Shown in pieces: positions 38,523 to 48,446 of a stretch of 64,000 nucleotides of DNA. The stretch covers positions 640,001 to 704,000 of the forward strand of contig CAXNJO010000003.1 in NCBI GenBank assembly GCA_964202905.1, given 5' to 3'. The notes beneath the pieces were generated by a model. The model was not told the DNA's origin, did not search any database, and saw nothing but the letters and a program-made list of their open reading frames with translations. This DNA is from Polyangiales bacterium. GTDB taxonomy: Bacteria > Myxococcota_A > Polyangia > Polyangiales > JADJQN01. The position numbers and the translations under genes were made by a program. Within the stretch, counting starts at the first letter, position 1. The number at the start of each line of letters is the position of its first letter.

Positions 38523-40826
38523 TCAGCGCACGAGCGCGAGGGCGGGCGCGGGCGCGAACGCGCGGAGATGACCGCTCTCTTCGGCGACGTAGAGCCAGCC
38601 GCGCTCGTCGACGCGGAAGACGTCGGGGATGAGATCGCAGTCGACGGCGGGTCCGAGGCTCGCGCCGTCCGCGGGCTTGAGCGCGTGCACCTGGGCCGCG
38701 GGCACGAACAACCCACCATTTCGCAGGACCGGCTCGAGACGACGCGGCACGTCGTCGGTCGCGGCGTTCGCGAGCTCGCGCGTCCAGCGCACGGTGCCGT
38801 CGGCGAGGTCGAGCGCGGTGACACGACCGCCCGGCGCGTTGACGACGAGCGCGCGATCGACGGCGAGCGCGGCGCCCCCGCGACCGAGCCCCGGCTCCGG
38901 TACCACCCAACGCGGCGTCCCATCCCGCGGATCGAGCGCGACGAGCGTGGCGCTCGCGGCCGTGCGCGTCGGCCCCGCGACCGGGACGCAGACGAGCCCC
39001 TCGAGGCCGAGCGGCGCGGCGAGCGGCGCGCCCCCGAGATCGCGGCGCCAGAGCTCGCGGCCCGAGTAGAGATCGAGCCCGTGCAGCGTGCCGCCGGCCG
39101 CGGCCGGATCGCCGCTCACCGCGAGGGCGACGTCGCGCGAGACCGCGGGCGCGAGCGAAAAGCGCGCGGATGCGCTGAATCGCCAGACCGGCTCGCCAGA
39201 CGCTACGTCGAGCGCGTGCACGGCGCCGTCGCCGCACGCCGCGAGCAGGATGCGCCCCACCCGCCGCAGCCGGAACGCGCCCGAACGCGCGCGGTAGCGC
39301 CAGCGCAGCTCGCCCGTGCGCAGGTCGACGGCGACGAGACGCGTCTGCCCTTCCGCGAGGATCGCCATCGGCGGCAGCTCGCCGCCGCCGGCGTACGTGC
39401 ACACCGGGACCCCGCCCGCGCGCGGCGCGACCCGTGCCCGGGCGACCACCTCACCCTCGCCGACGTCCCAGATCTCGACCGCCCCCTCGGGCGTCTGCCG
39501 CAGGAGCGAGGTGCCGACCATCAGGGACGCAGAGCGCGGCGCGCGGCGCGCCCAGACGACCTCACCACCATCTCGCGAGATGGCGACGATGCGACGCGGC
39601 GTCGACACCACGACGCGGTCGCCGCAGAGGAAGGTCGTGGACGCGTCGAGCCCCTCGATCTCCGTGCGCCAGCGCTCCGCGTAGCGCAGACGCCCTGTTC
39701 CGGCGGCATTGGGGGCCCCCGGGGCACGCACCGGAGAGGCCGACTCGACCGACTCGGGGCCGGGCGGGCTCGAGAGGCGCAGGCGCTCCGGATCGCGGTT
39801 CACGAAGCCGTCGCGCCGCGTGCGCGCGCGCAACACCTTGCGCAGCGCGCGGACCTCGTCGCGCAGCGCGGTCACGCGGAGGTTGCGCAGCTGCGCGCGA
39901 TCCGCGCCGCCGAGGGCGCGGAGCAGATCGGTGGCGAGCCGCAGCACGGGCTCGGCCGCGCCGGGCACGTCGAGCGCCGGCACGGTGAGCGTCGCGTCGC
40001 CGGCCTCGCCGAGCGTGAGCGCGACCTCGCCGTCCTTCGCGAGGCGCATGCCCACGACGAAGGCGCCGGTGCGCAGCCGCACGTGCACGCCGCGATCGGC
40101 CTCCCACGCGTCGATCAACGCCCGCACGGCCGCGACGAGCCGCTGCGCGACGAGGAAGATCGGCCCCCGCGCGAGTCCGATCCTGCGGCCGCGCGAGTAG
40201 GCCCACAGCCGCCCCTCGAACAGCGTCGCGTGCACGTCGGCGCGCGCCGAACCGCCGGGCAGCGCGTCGGTCGCGGGCTCGATCTGCGCCGAAAAGCCGA
40301 AGGCGAGACCGACGTTCTCGGCCGGAGGCTCCTGGTGACCGCCGACCACCTCGAGCGACGCGTTGCGTGGACGTGCGTCAGGCACCATCGCGGCCGCCGC
40401 GACCTCGGCGCGCGTCGCGAGGCGCAGGTACGAGGCCGCGGACGCCGCGTGGCCGTCACGCGCCGCGAGCGCCCGCGCCGCCGCCCCGCAGGCGGCGAGC
40501 AGCGGGCGCAGCGGCACCGGGCGGTCGCGCACGACGATCTCGGGCACACCGCCCGTCTCGTAGTGACTGACGAGCGCGTGCTCTCCGCGCCGCACGAGCG
40601 CGTACTCCGCGGGGCGCGCCCCGAGCGGAAGGATCACCTTCGCGCGCTCGCCCTCGGCGAGGTCCGCGACGGCCGCGATCAGGTCCGCGAGCGGCGGCAG
40701 CTCCGCGGGATCCCGTGTGCCGAGGAGCGCGAGCACCAGGGCCGCGCGCGGGTCGACGCCGTCCTGCGGAGAGGGAGCGGAGCGCTCGGCGAGGGCCCGC
40801 GCAGGGAGGGGTCGTAGTTCGATCAT
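38523..40826 (-). CDS. PQQ-binding-like beta-propeller repeat protein with uncharacterised N-terminal region
   Basis: C-terminal repeats A.D..TG...W (AVDLRTGELRW, ALDVASGEPVW, ALDPRDGTPRW, ALDLADGTVRW); no signal peptide. Confidence 0.75.
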   Translation of the reverse strand: MIELRPLPARALAERSAPSPQDGVDPRAALVLALLGTRDPAELPPLADLIAAVADLAEGERAKVILPLGARPAEYALVRRGEHALVSHYETGGVPEIVVRDRPVPLRPLLAACGAAARALAARDGHAASAASYLRLATRAEVAAAAMVPDARPRNASLEVVGGHQEPPAENVGLAFGFSAQIEPATDALPGGSARADVHATLFEGRLWAYSRGRRIGLARGPIFLVAQRLVAAVRALIDAWEADRGVHVRLRTGAFVVGMRLAKDGEVALTLGEAGDATLTVPALDVPGAAEPVLRLATDLLRALGGADRAQLRNLRVTALRDEVRALRKVLRARTRRDGFVNRDPERLRLSSPPGPESVESASPVRAPGAPNAAGTGRLRYAERWRTEIEGLDASTTFLCGDRVVVSTPRRIVAISRDGGEVVWARRAPRSASLMVGTSLLRQTPEGAVEIWDVGEGEVVARARVAPRAGGVPVCTYAGGGELPPMAILAEGQTRLVAVDLRTGELRWRYRARSGAFRLRRVGRILLAACGDGAVHALDVASGEPVWRFSASARFSLAPAVSRDVALAVSGDPAAAGGTLHGLDLYSGRELWRRDLGGAPLAAPLGLEGLVCVPVAGPTRTAASATLVALDPRDGTPRWVVPEPGLGRGGAALAVDRALVVNAPGGRVTALDLADGTVRWTRELANAATDDVPRRLEPVLRNGGLFVPAAQVHALKPADGASLGPAVDCDLIPDVFRVDERGWLYVAEESGHLRAFAPAPALALVR

Positions 40827-40989
40827 CGCGTTGTTCGGGGGCGCTCCTGAAGCGCGAGTGAAATGGTAGGGGGGCGGCGTGCGTGATCCGAAATAAACGG
40901 ATCAACGGCGCGGTCGTCACCGCCGACGACGCGCGCGCCCGGGGCGTCGCCGCACCTGCCGGAGGCGGCGGACTGCTACGCTCGCGTCC

Positions 40990-42051
40990 GTGGCGACGGC
41001 GCAGGGCAATCGCGTGCTGCAGCACCTCGCAGCGCTCTTCGTCGTGTTCGCGGGGCTGCGCCTCGCTGCGGGGCTTGTCGAACCGCTGCTGCTCGCGCTC
41101 TTCCTCGCCGTCGTCTCGTATCCGATCGTGCGCGTTCTCGTGGCGGGGCGCGTGCCCCGCGGCCTCGCGGTGCTCCTCGTGCTCGTGCTCGACGTGGCCG
41201 TCGTGGTCGGGGTCGGCGTGCTCGTCGCCGACGTGCTCGCCGAGTTCCAGGAGCGGCTGCCCGCCTACGAAGGGCGCATCCGCGCGATCGTCGACGAAGC
41301 GCTCGCGTGGCTCCACGCGCGCGGCGCGCGGGTCGACGCGCGGAGGATCGTCGCGCTCGTCGAGCCGGGGCACGTGATGTCGCTCGCGGGCGTCGTGTTG
41401 CAGAGCGTGATGAACGTGGTCGGGCGGCTGTTTTTGGTGCTGCTGGTCGCGGCCTTCGTGCTGCTCGAGGCGTCGGTGTTCGGCGACAAGTTGCGCGTGA
41501 TCCTCCCGGACGCCGACGAGGAGCTGCCGCGCATCGAGCGCGCTGCATACGAGATACAGAAGTATCTCGGTGTCAAGACGCTCTCGAACCTGCTCACTGC
41601 GCTGCTCGTCGGGCTGATCTCCGCCCTCTTCGCGCTCGACTTCCCGCTGCTCTGGGCGGCGCTCGCGTTCACGCTGAACTTCATCCCGAGCCTCGGCAGC
41701 GTCCTCGCGTCGGTGCCGCCGATCGTGCTCGCGCTCGTGCTGCACGGGCCGGGCGAGGCGGCCGCCTACGCGGCGGTCTACACGGCGCTCAACCTGCTCG
41801 TCGGCAACGTGCTCGAGCCGCGCATCCTGGGGCGCGCGCTCGGCCTCTCCCCGCTCGTGGTGCTGCTCTCGATGATCTTCTGGGGTTGGCTCTGGGGGCC
41901 CGTGGGCGCGCTGCTCTCGGTGCCGCTCACGATGAGCGCGAAGATCGCGCTCGCGCACACGACGGACCTGGCCTGGCTCGACACGTTGCTCGGGCCCGCG
42001 CCGACGCCGCGCGCCGCGAGCCGCTCCGCACCGTCGAAGGAGAACGCATGA
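40990..42051 (+). CDS. AI-2E family transporter
   Basis: Multi-TM protein with YLGVKT, LNFIPSLG and LSPLVVLLSMIFWGWLWGPVGALLSVPLT. Confidence 0.92.
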   Translation: MATAQGNRVLQHLAALFVVFAGLRLAAGLVEPLLLALFLAVVSYPIVRVLVAGRVPRGLAVLLVLVLDVAVVVGVGVLVADVLAEFQERLPAYEGRIRAIVDEALAWLHARGARVDARRIVALVEPGHVMSLAGVVLQSVMNVVGRLFLVLLVAAFVLLEASVFGDKLRVILPDADEELPRIERAAYEIQKYLGVKTLSNLLTALLVGLISALFALDFPLLWAALAFTLNFIPSLGSVLASVPPIVLALVLHGPGEAAAYAAVYTALNLLVGNVLEPRILGRALGLSPLVVLLSMIFWGWLWGPVGALLSVPLTMSAKIALAHTTDLAWLDTLLGPAPTPRAASRSAPSKENA

Positions 42052-42467
42052 CGCTCCCGGAGGGCGCCCACGTCGTCGCCGTGACCGCGCTCATCTTCCG
42101 CGGGGGGCGCGTGCTCGCGATGCGGCGCAGCGCATTCAGGGACGCGGGCGCAGGGCTCTGGGAGACGCCCTCGGGACGCGTCCAGGAAGGCGAGGATCCG
42201 CTCGCCGCGGTGCGCCGCGAGATCGCTGAGGAGTGCGGGCTCGACGTCGAGGTCGAGCCGCGCCCGCTCGAGGCGTATCCAGCGCGGCGCGGCCCGCTGC
42301 CGATGGTGGTGATCGTCTACCGCGCGCGCTGGGTCGCGGGCGAGGTCACGCGCTCGGACGAGCACGACGCGCACGCGTGGTGGACACCCGCAGAACTGCG
42401 CGCGGGCTCGACGCTCACGCGACTCGTCGAGGCGGTGGAGCGGGCCGCTGAAGGGAGCGCGACATGA
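42048..42467 (+). CDS. NUDIX hydrolase
   Basis: Nudix box GRVQEGEDPLAAVRREIAEECGL; ATGA overlaps at both ends. Confidence 0.88.
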   Translation: MTLPEGAHVVAVTALIFRGGRVLAMRRSAFRDAGAGLWETPSGRVQEGEDPLAAVRREIAEECGLDVEVEPRPLEAYPARRGPLPMVVIVYRARWVAGEVTRSDEHDAHAWWTPAELRAGSTLTRLVEAVERAAEGSAT

Positions 42468-44380
42468 GCGAGGGGTGGAGCGCGGCGTCCGTCGTGGGAC
42501 GTTCACGGCGGAGCATCGCGGCACAGACACGCCGCGCGGTGTGTGTTTGCGTCGCAGCCCTGGTCGCGACGGGAGTCCTGGCGGCAGGCCTGCTCACAGG
42601 ATGCGGGGATGCACGCCCCCCGACGCCGCCGACACTCCGCGACGCAGGACGAGATGCCGATTCGGATGGCGGGCCGCGCGAGGAAGCAGGAATTGTCGAC
42701 GCATCCCCAGCCGACGCCGCGCTCGACGACGCGGGGTCCGTCGTCGACGACGCCGGGAGCACGGAGCCCGACGCCGCCGTGGACACCGACGGTGGCTCGG
42801 TGGACCGCGGCCGCGTCGACGCCGTGGTCTGGTTCGAGGAGGTCGCGGAATTGAGCGGCCTCGCCTTCGAACGCGAAGCGCGGGAGGGCCTCTTGAGCCT
42901 CGCAGATCGCATGAGCGGCGGCGTGTGCGTGATCGACGTCGATGGCGTGCCTCCGCGCGATCTGTTCTTCGCGGCGCGGCCCGCCCCCTCGGGGGGATCG
43001 CGTCTCTTCGTCGCGCGCGGGCCGCTCGACTACGTCGAGCGCACCGTCGAGCTCGGCCTCGAGGAGGTCGGCGACGCGCTCGGCTGCCTCGCCTTCGACG
43101 CAGAGGGCGATGGGGACGACGACCTGCTCGTGACCGGGCGCGGCAGCCTGCGCCTCTTCGAGAACGCAGGCGGGCGCTTCGTCGACAAGAGCGCGCGCCT
43201 CCCGCCCGTCGCCGACGCGCACCTGTACACGTCGGCGGCCGCGGGCGACGTGGACGGCGACGGCGACGCGGACCTGTTCGTCGCCGGCTTCATCCTCGAC
43301 GACCGCACGAGGCTCCCTGCGGAGTGCGGCCCCTTCCCCTGCCCCTCGGACCTCGGCCGCTTCGAGGGGATCCCGAACCTCCTCCTACTCCGCACGCCGA
43401 GCGGCGACTATCTGGACGACGCGGCGCGCCTCGCGCCCGCGGCCGCGCTGCCAGAGATGACGCTCGTCGTGGGCATCGCGCGGCTGGAGGGAATCAACCG
43501 GGTCGACCTCTGGGTCGGCAACGACTTCGGCTCGCGCTTCAACGACCGACCGCTCCGCTTCGACCCTGCGATGGCTCGCTACGAGGACGTCGCAGACACC
43601 CTCGGGCTCGCGACCAACCAGCGTGGGTACGGCACCGACACGATGGGCTGGTCGACCGGCGATGTGAACGGCGACGGGGAACTCGACCACGTGACGTCGA
43701 GCTACGTCTTCGACTCGACAGCCGTCTACCTGTGCAGCGCCGGCTTCTGCGAAGACCGTGCGCGGAGCGCGGGGATGGACGCGACCTCGAGCACGTTCCG
43801 CTGGGGCGAGGCGCTCGGTGATTTCGACCTCGACGGTGATCTCGATCTGCTGGAGGCGACCGGCCACGTCTACCTGTCCGCCGAGCTCGCGCGGTTCGGC
43901 GTGACCATGATCGACGACCAACCGCCGAATCTGCTCGAGAACACCGACAGCGGATTTTTCACCCCACGCGGATTCGCGGAGGGTCCGGCCTTCACGCGCA
44001 CGGGCCAGCACCGCGGCGTCGCGCTCGTCGATCTCGACGAGGACGGACGCCTCGACGCGGTGATGGCGCCGCGGACGGGCGCGCCGATCGTGCTCCACAA
44101 CGTGCGTCCGCCACGCGGGCACTGGCTGCGCATCGCGCTCCGGGGGCGCGGCGCGAACCGTGACGCCGCCGGCGCCCTCGTCACCGTGCGACACGCGGGC
44201 GGCGCAATCGTGCGCGCGCACGTCGTCGGCGAGGGCTACCTGGGGAACTTCGACCCGCGCGTGCACGTCGGCCTGCCCGGGGACGCGCCGGTCGAGGTCG
44301 AGGTCCGCTGGCCGGACGGCACGGTCACGCGCCGACCGGGGGTCACGGTCGATGCCGACATCCTCGTGACGCAGCCCTGA
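42464..44380 (+). CDS. CRTAC1-family lipoprotein (FG-GAP/VCBS repeats plus ASPIC/UnbV domain)
   Basis: Lipobox LLTGC, repeated GDxDGDGDxDL, C-terminal NRDAAGA.V.V...GYL...HVGL...VEVRWPDG. Start uncertain. Confidence 0.82.
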   Translation: MSEGWSAASVVGRSRRSIAAQTRRAVCVCVAALVATGVLAAGLLTGCGDARPPTPPTLRDAGRDADSDGGPREEAGIVDASPADAALDDAGSVVDDAGSTEPDAAVDTDGGSVDRGRVDAVVWFEEVAELSGLAFEREAREGLLSLADRMSGGVCVIDVDGVPPRDLFFAARPAPSGGSRLFVARGPLDYVERTVELGLEEVGDALGCLAFDAEGDGDDDLLVTGRGSLRLFENAGGRFVDKSARLPPVADAHLYTSAAAGDVDGDGDADLFVAGFILDDRTRLPAECGPFPCPSDLGRFEGIPNLLLLRTPSGDYLDDAARLAPAAALPEMTLVVGIARLEGINRVDLWVGNDFGSRFNDRPLRFDPAMARYEDVADTLGLATNQRGYGTDTMGWSTGDVNGDGELDHVTSSYVFDSTAVYLCSAGFCEDRARSAGMDATSSTFRWGEALGDFDLDGDLDLLEATGHVYLSAELARFGVTMIDDQPPNLLENTDSGFFTPRGFAEGPAFTRTGQHRGVALVDLDEDGRLDAVMAPRTGAPIVLHNVRPPRGHWLRIALRGRGANRDAAGALVTVRHAGGAIVRAHVVGEGYLGNFDPRVHVGLPGDAPVEVEVRWPDGTVTRRPGVTVDADILVTQP

Positions 44381-44516
44381 CGGCGCGCAGCCGCGCGCCT
44401 CGCAGGCGCCGTGCGACAGCGCGATGACCGCACGATGACACTTCGGACATGCCGGAAATGCCCTGAATCAGGCGTTTCTGACAGGACCGGACGCCCGCGC
44501 GGAGGGCGGCGGAGCG

Positions 44517-44720
44517 TCAGGCGCCGGTGACGCGATAGCCCGCTCCGACGACCGCCTCCGTCAGCGCGTCACGGCGCGTGGTCTCGGCGACCTCCACGCG
44601 CGCACGCCCGACCTCGACCTCGATGCGGCCGACACCGGCGACGCCGCCGAGCGCCTCGCGCACGGCGCGGACGCAGTGCTGGCACGACATCCCCTCGACC
44701 TGAAGCTCTTCGTTCCGCAT
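44517..44720 (-). CDS. Heavy-metal-associated (CopZ-like) chaperone
   Basis: LQVEGMSCQHCV...AGY; 67 aa. Confidence 0.88.
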   Translation of the reverse strand: MRNEELQVEGMSCQHCVRAVREALGGVAGVGRIEVEVGRARVEVAETTRRDALTEAVVGAGYRVTGA

Positions 44721-44752
44721 TGGCGAGCCATGGGCCGCGGCGAGGCCCGCCG

Positions 44753-45967
44753 TCAAGCGCGGGGCACGAGGCCACGTCGCGTCGCCCCCAGCGTCTCGAG
44801 GAAGCGCGGGACGGAGTGCGCCTGCGCGATCCAGGTGCGCCCGCGCGCGCTGCGCGCCACGGCGTCGTGCGGCGCCTCGAGGGCCGCGATCAGCGCCGCC
44901 GCGAGGGCGCCCGGGTCGTCGTCCGCGCACACCGCCACAACGCCGTCGAGCGCGAGTCCCGCCGTCGCGCGGCGCTGGGCCACGACCGGGAGCCCCCGGG
45001 CGAGCGCGTCGAGAAGCTTGATCGGCACACCGCCCTCGGCGCCACGCGGCACCAGCGCGACATCGGCTGCGGCGTGCACGGCGCGACGCGACGCTTCGTC
45101 CCCGAGCGACACGCAGCGCGCCCGCGCCCCGAGCCCCGCGGCGCCGAGCGCGGCGCGGAGCGCATGGGGCACGGAGGCGGTCGCGACCAGCACGCGCAAC
45201 GTGGGCCGGCAGGCCGCGGCGCGGGCGAGCGCGGCGAGCGCGCACGGCAGCCCCTGGTACGCGTCGAGGTTGCCGGCGTAGAGCACGACCTCGTCACCGG
45301 GCGCGAGCCCGAAGGACACGCGGGCTGCGGTGCGCTCGGCGAGGTCGATCGGCGCGGGCACCGCCCATGGCAGCGCGAGGCCGTGCACCGCCACGCCACT
45401 CACCGCCGCGAGCCGCCGCGCGAGGGCGGGTGCAACCGCCGCGACGGCGTCCGCGCGACGCGCGAGCGCGACGTCGAGCGCGTCGCCGGCGCGGGCGCAG
45501 AGCGGCGCGCCGAGCGGGCGCAGCGCGGCGGGCAGATAGGTCGGCAGCTCTGGGGCGAGCGCGGTGTGCGCGACGAAGACGAGCGGCCGCGCCCCCGCGA
45601 GGAGCGCCGCGGCGCAGGCCTCGACGTGGTGCGCGTACACGACGTCGGGGCGCAGCACCGCGTGGAGGCGGCGCAGCGTCCGCACGAGCGCGACGTCCTC
45701 CAAGAGTTTGGCGAGCGACGGCCCCGAGCGCAGCGCGGCCGCGGGCACGTCGATGCGCGCGCGTTCGCCGAGGAACTCGGTGCGGTGCAGCGCGAAGCGC
45801 GGCGCCTCGAGCGCGCCCGCGCCGCCCGCGTACACGAGCAGGTGCGTCTCGCCCTCGGCCGCGCAGGCGTCGGCCATCGCGCGCACGGCAGCCTGTGTGC
45901 CCTGCGGCGAGGGGAAGGGCATCGCGGCCACGTGCAGCGCGCGCACAGGCGTGGGTAGCACGCCCAC
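44753..45967 (-). CDS. Glycosyltransferase family 4
   Basis: PFPSPQGT, RPDVVYAH, YAGNLDAYQG and GVPIKLLDALARGLPVV. Confidence 0.85.
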   Translation of the reverse strand: MGVLPTPVRALHVAAMPFPSPQGTQAAVRAMADACAAEGETHLLVYAGGAGALEAPRFALHRTEFLGERARIDVPAAALRSGPSLAKLLEDVALVRTLRRLHAVLRPDVVYAHHVEACAAALLAGARPLVFVAHTALAPELPTYLPAALRPLGAPLCARAGDALDVALARRADAVAAVAPALARRLAAVSGVAVHGLALPWAVPAPIDLAERTAARVSFGLAPGDEVVLYAGNLDAYQGLPCALAALARAAACRPTLRVLVATASVPHALRAALGAAGLGARARCVSLGDEASRRAVHAAADVALVPRGAEGGVPIKLLDALARGLPVVAQRRATAGLALDGVVAVCADDDPGALAAALIAALEAPHDAVARSARGRTWIAQAHSVPRFLETLGATRRGLVPRA

Positions 45968-46042
45968 CGCGGCGCCGCGCCGCGCACCGCGAATGCAGCC
46001 CCGCCGAGCGCCCCCCGCTATGCTGCGCAGCCGAGGTCCACG

Positions 46043-48403
46043 ATGTCGACGTCACTTTCTTTCTTGCCGCGCGGGCGCCTCCCGATCGCGCTCGCCCTGC
46101 TCACCCTCACCGCCGGCTGCGGCGTGCGCACCGCGCTGCGCATCGACGACGACGGCGCCGTACCGCGCGACGCCTCCGGCGACGGCGCCGCGGACTTCGG
46201 GTTCCCCGATGGCGGCGCGGATCTCGGCCTCGACGCGATGGTCCGCTGCACCTCGGACGCCGAGTGCGACGACGGACTCGTGTGCAACGGCGTCGACATC
46301 TGCGGCGCGGACGGTTTCTGCGTGACCACCGTGATGCCGGTGTTCTGCGACGACGGCGTCGACTGCACCGTGGACGCCTGCATGGAGGGATTCCTCGGGG
46401 AGTGCGTGTTCACGCCCGACCCCTCGCGCTGCCTCGGCCGGATGTGCGACCCCGTCAGCGGTTGCCTCACCGTCGGCTGCGCGCGTGATGCGGACTGCGA
46501 CAACACCCTCTTCTGCGATGGTGACGAGACGTGCGGACCCGATGGGATCTGCCTCGCGGGCACGGCGCCCTGCGCGTCCGACGCCTGCGGCGCGACGTGT
46601 GACGAGGGGACGCGCGCCTGCGTCGGACCGGGCGCGCCGATCGACCTCGACGGCGACGGCTTCGGCTCCGCGTTCTGCGGCGGCACCGACTGCAACGACC
46701 GCGACGCGCGCATCTTCCCGGGCGCGGCGGAGTCTTGCGACAACGACGTCGACGACGACTGCAGCGGCACGCGCGACTGTCGCGATGCGGCCTGCGCGAT
46801 GGACCCGATCTGCCTCGCCTGCGCGCCGCGCGAGACGGTGTGCAGCGGTCGCGCCGACGAGGACTGCGACGACCTCATCGACTGCCTCGATCCTGACTGC
46901 GACGGCACCGACGCCTGCGCCGGCTCGTGCACGACCATCGACGTCTGCGGCAACGGCCGCGACGACGATTGCGACGGCGCGCTCGACTGCGCGGACTCGG
47001 ATTGCGCGCGCGATCCCTCGTGCACATGCGGCCCCGGACCGCGCCCCGCCAGCGAGCTCGCGTGTGCAGACGCGGTGGACGACGACTGCGACGGACGCAC
47101 GGACTGCCTCGACACCGACTGTGCGCGCTCGCTCGAGTGCGACACGACGTGCGGCCGCGACATCGGGAGCGCGATCGGCAGCACCGTCGCGCGCGGTTCG
47201 AACGCGCGCGGCACGCTCGAGCTCGAGGGGAGCTGCTCGCCCTCGACGCGCGGCGGTCGCGAGGTGCGCCTCGTGTGGACGGCGCCGGCCACGGGGGACT
47301 ACGTGCTCGACACCTTCGCGTCGGGCTTCGACACCGTGCTTTACGTGCTCGCGAGCTGCGCGGGACCGGAGCTGCCGGGCGCCTGCGACGACGACGGCGG
47401 CACCGCGCAGACCTCGCAGCTGCGCATCAGCGCGGAGGCCGGCGCGCGGCTCGTGATCGTCATCGACGCCTTCGCGGGCGTGGTCGGCGACTACGTCCTC
47501 AACATCGTGCCCGTCTCGACGTCGAGCGAGCGCGGGCGCTGCCGCGACGGCACCGACAACGACCGCGACGGTCGCGCCGATTGCCGCGACACGGACTGCG
47601 CCTCGGACGCCGCCTGCTGCGCGTTCAGCGTCGAGCAGTGCGGCAACGGCGTCGACGACGACTGCGACGGCTTCGCGGACTGCGAAGACACGGGGAGTTG
47701 CGGCATGACCCCCGCGTGCCTTCCCGATGGCGGCGTCCCCGACGCAGGACCCCGCGATGCGGGCATCGACGCAGGGACCCGCGATGCGGGCATCGACGCA
47801 GGCGCCCGTGATGCGGGCACCGACGCAGGCGCCCGTGATGCGGGCACCGACGCAGGCGCCCGTGATGCGGGCACCGACGCAGGCGCCCGTGATGCGGGCT
47901 TCGACGCAGGGCCCCGCGACGCGGGCTTCGACGCAGGGCCCCGCGACGCGGGCTTCGACGCAGGGCCCCGCGACGCGGGCTTCGACGCAGGGCCCCGCGA
48001 CGCGGGCTTCGATGCCGGCACAGACGCGGGCCGCGCCGATCTCGGCATGTGCACCGCGCGCGAGATCGGCGTCGCCGCCTGCACCGATGGCCGCGACGGC
48101 GACTGCGACACGCGCACGGATTGCGCGGACCCGGACTGCCGCCCGCTCGGTGCGATGAGCGAGTGTTGCAACGGGCTCGACGACGACGGCGACGGGACCG
48201 TCGATCTCTTCACCTGCCGCTGCTTCTCCAACGCGGACTGCGCCGGCGTCGGCGACTTCGAGCAGGTCTGCTGGCTGGGGTCGTTCCAGGTGTGCGCGCC
48301 GCGCTGCAATTTCGTGGGCGGGACGACGTGGTGCCGCACGACGCTCGGCGCGACCTGGTCGTGCAACAGCACCACCGGCGAGTGCATCGACAGCGCGCCC
48401 TGA
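46043..48403 (+). CDS. Large Cys/Asp-rich surface lipoprotein (putative metal-binding C..DDDCDG..DC repeats, PPC-like beta domain, DAG tandem repeat)
   Basis: Lipobox LTAGC, DCNDRDARIFPGAAESCDNDVDDDC, many DDDCDG repeats and WTAPATGDYVLDT..FDTVLYV. Confidence 0.78.
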   Translation: MSTSLSFLPRGRLPIALALLTLTAGCGVRTALRIDDDGAVPRDASGDGAADFGFPDGGADLGLDAMVRCTSDAECDDGLVCNGVDICGADGFCVTTVMPVFCDDGVDCTVDACMEGFLGECVFTPDPSRCLGRMCDPVSGCLTVGCARDADCDNTLFCDGDETCGPDGICLAGTAPCASDACGATCDEGTRACVGPGAPIDLDGDGFGSAFCGGTDCNDRDARIFPGAAESCDNDVDDDCSGTRDCRDAACAMDPICLACAPRETVCSGRADEDCDDLIDCLDPDCDGTDACAGSCTTIDVCGNGRDDDCDGALDCADSDCARDPSCTCGPGPRPASELACADAVDDDCDGRTDCLDTDCARSLECDTTCGRDIGSAIGSTVARGSNARGTLELEGSCSPSTRGGREVRLVWTAPATGDYVLDTFASGFDTVLYVLASCAGPELPGACDDDGGTAQTSQLRISAEAGARLVIVIDAFAGVVGDYVLNIVPVSTSSERGRCRDGTDNDRDGRADCRDTDCASDAACCAFSVEQCGNGVDDDCDGFADCEDTGSCGMTPACLPDGGVPDAGPRDAGIDAGTRDAGIDAGARDAGTDAGARDAGTDAGARDAGTDAGARDAGFDAGPRDAGFDAGPRDAGFDAGPRDAGFDAGPRDAGFDAGTDAGRADLGMCTAREIGVAACTDGRDGDCDTRTDCADPDCRPLGAMSECCNGLDDDGDGTVDLFTCRCFSNADCAGVGDFEQVCWLGSFQVCAPRCNFVGGTTWCRTTLGATWSCNSTTGECIDSAP
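47741..48010 (+). repeat. 10 x 27-bp coding tandem repeat (DAG[P/T/A]RDAG[I/T/F])
   Basis: Units start every 27 nt from 47741 (GACGCAGG...GCGGGC). Confidence 0.92.
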
Positions 48404-48446
48404 GCGCCCGACACACACCGCCCCGACTTCCGTTTTTTCCAGATTC

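Noticed and set aside
38523..40826. BamB or PQQ-dependent dehydrogenase assignment
   Set aside because: No signal peptide or lipobox, and no recognisable dehydrogenase catalytic features; only generic propeller repeats.
44454..44479. Hairpin GGAAATGCCCTGAATCAGGCGTTTCT between convergent genes
   Set aside because: Short imperfect stem with no clear U-tract; possibly a weak terminator, but too little support to call.
47741..48010. 27-bp repeats as a CRISPR array or iterons
   Set aside because: No spacers; an in-frame coding repeat within a lipoprotein.
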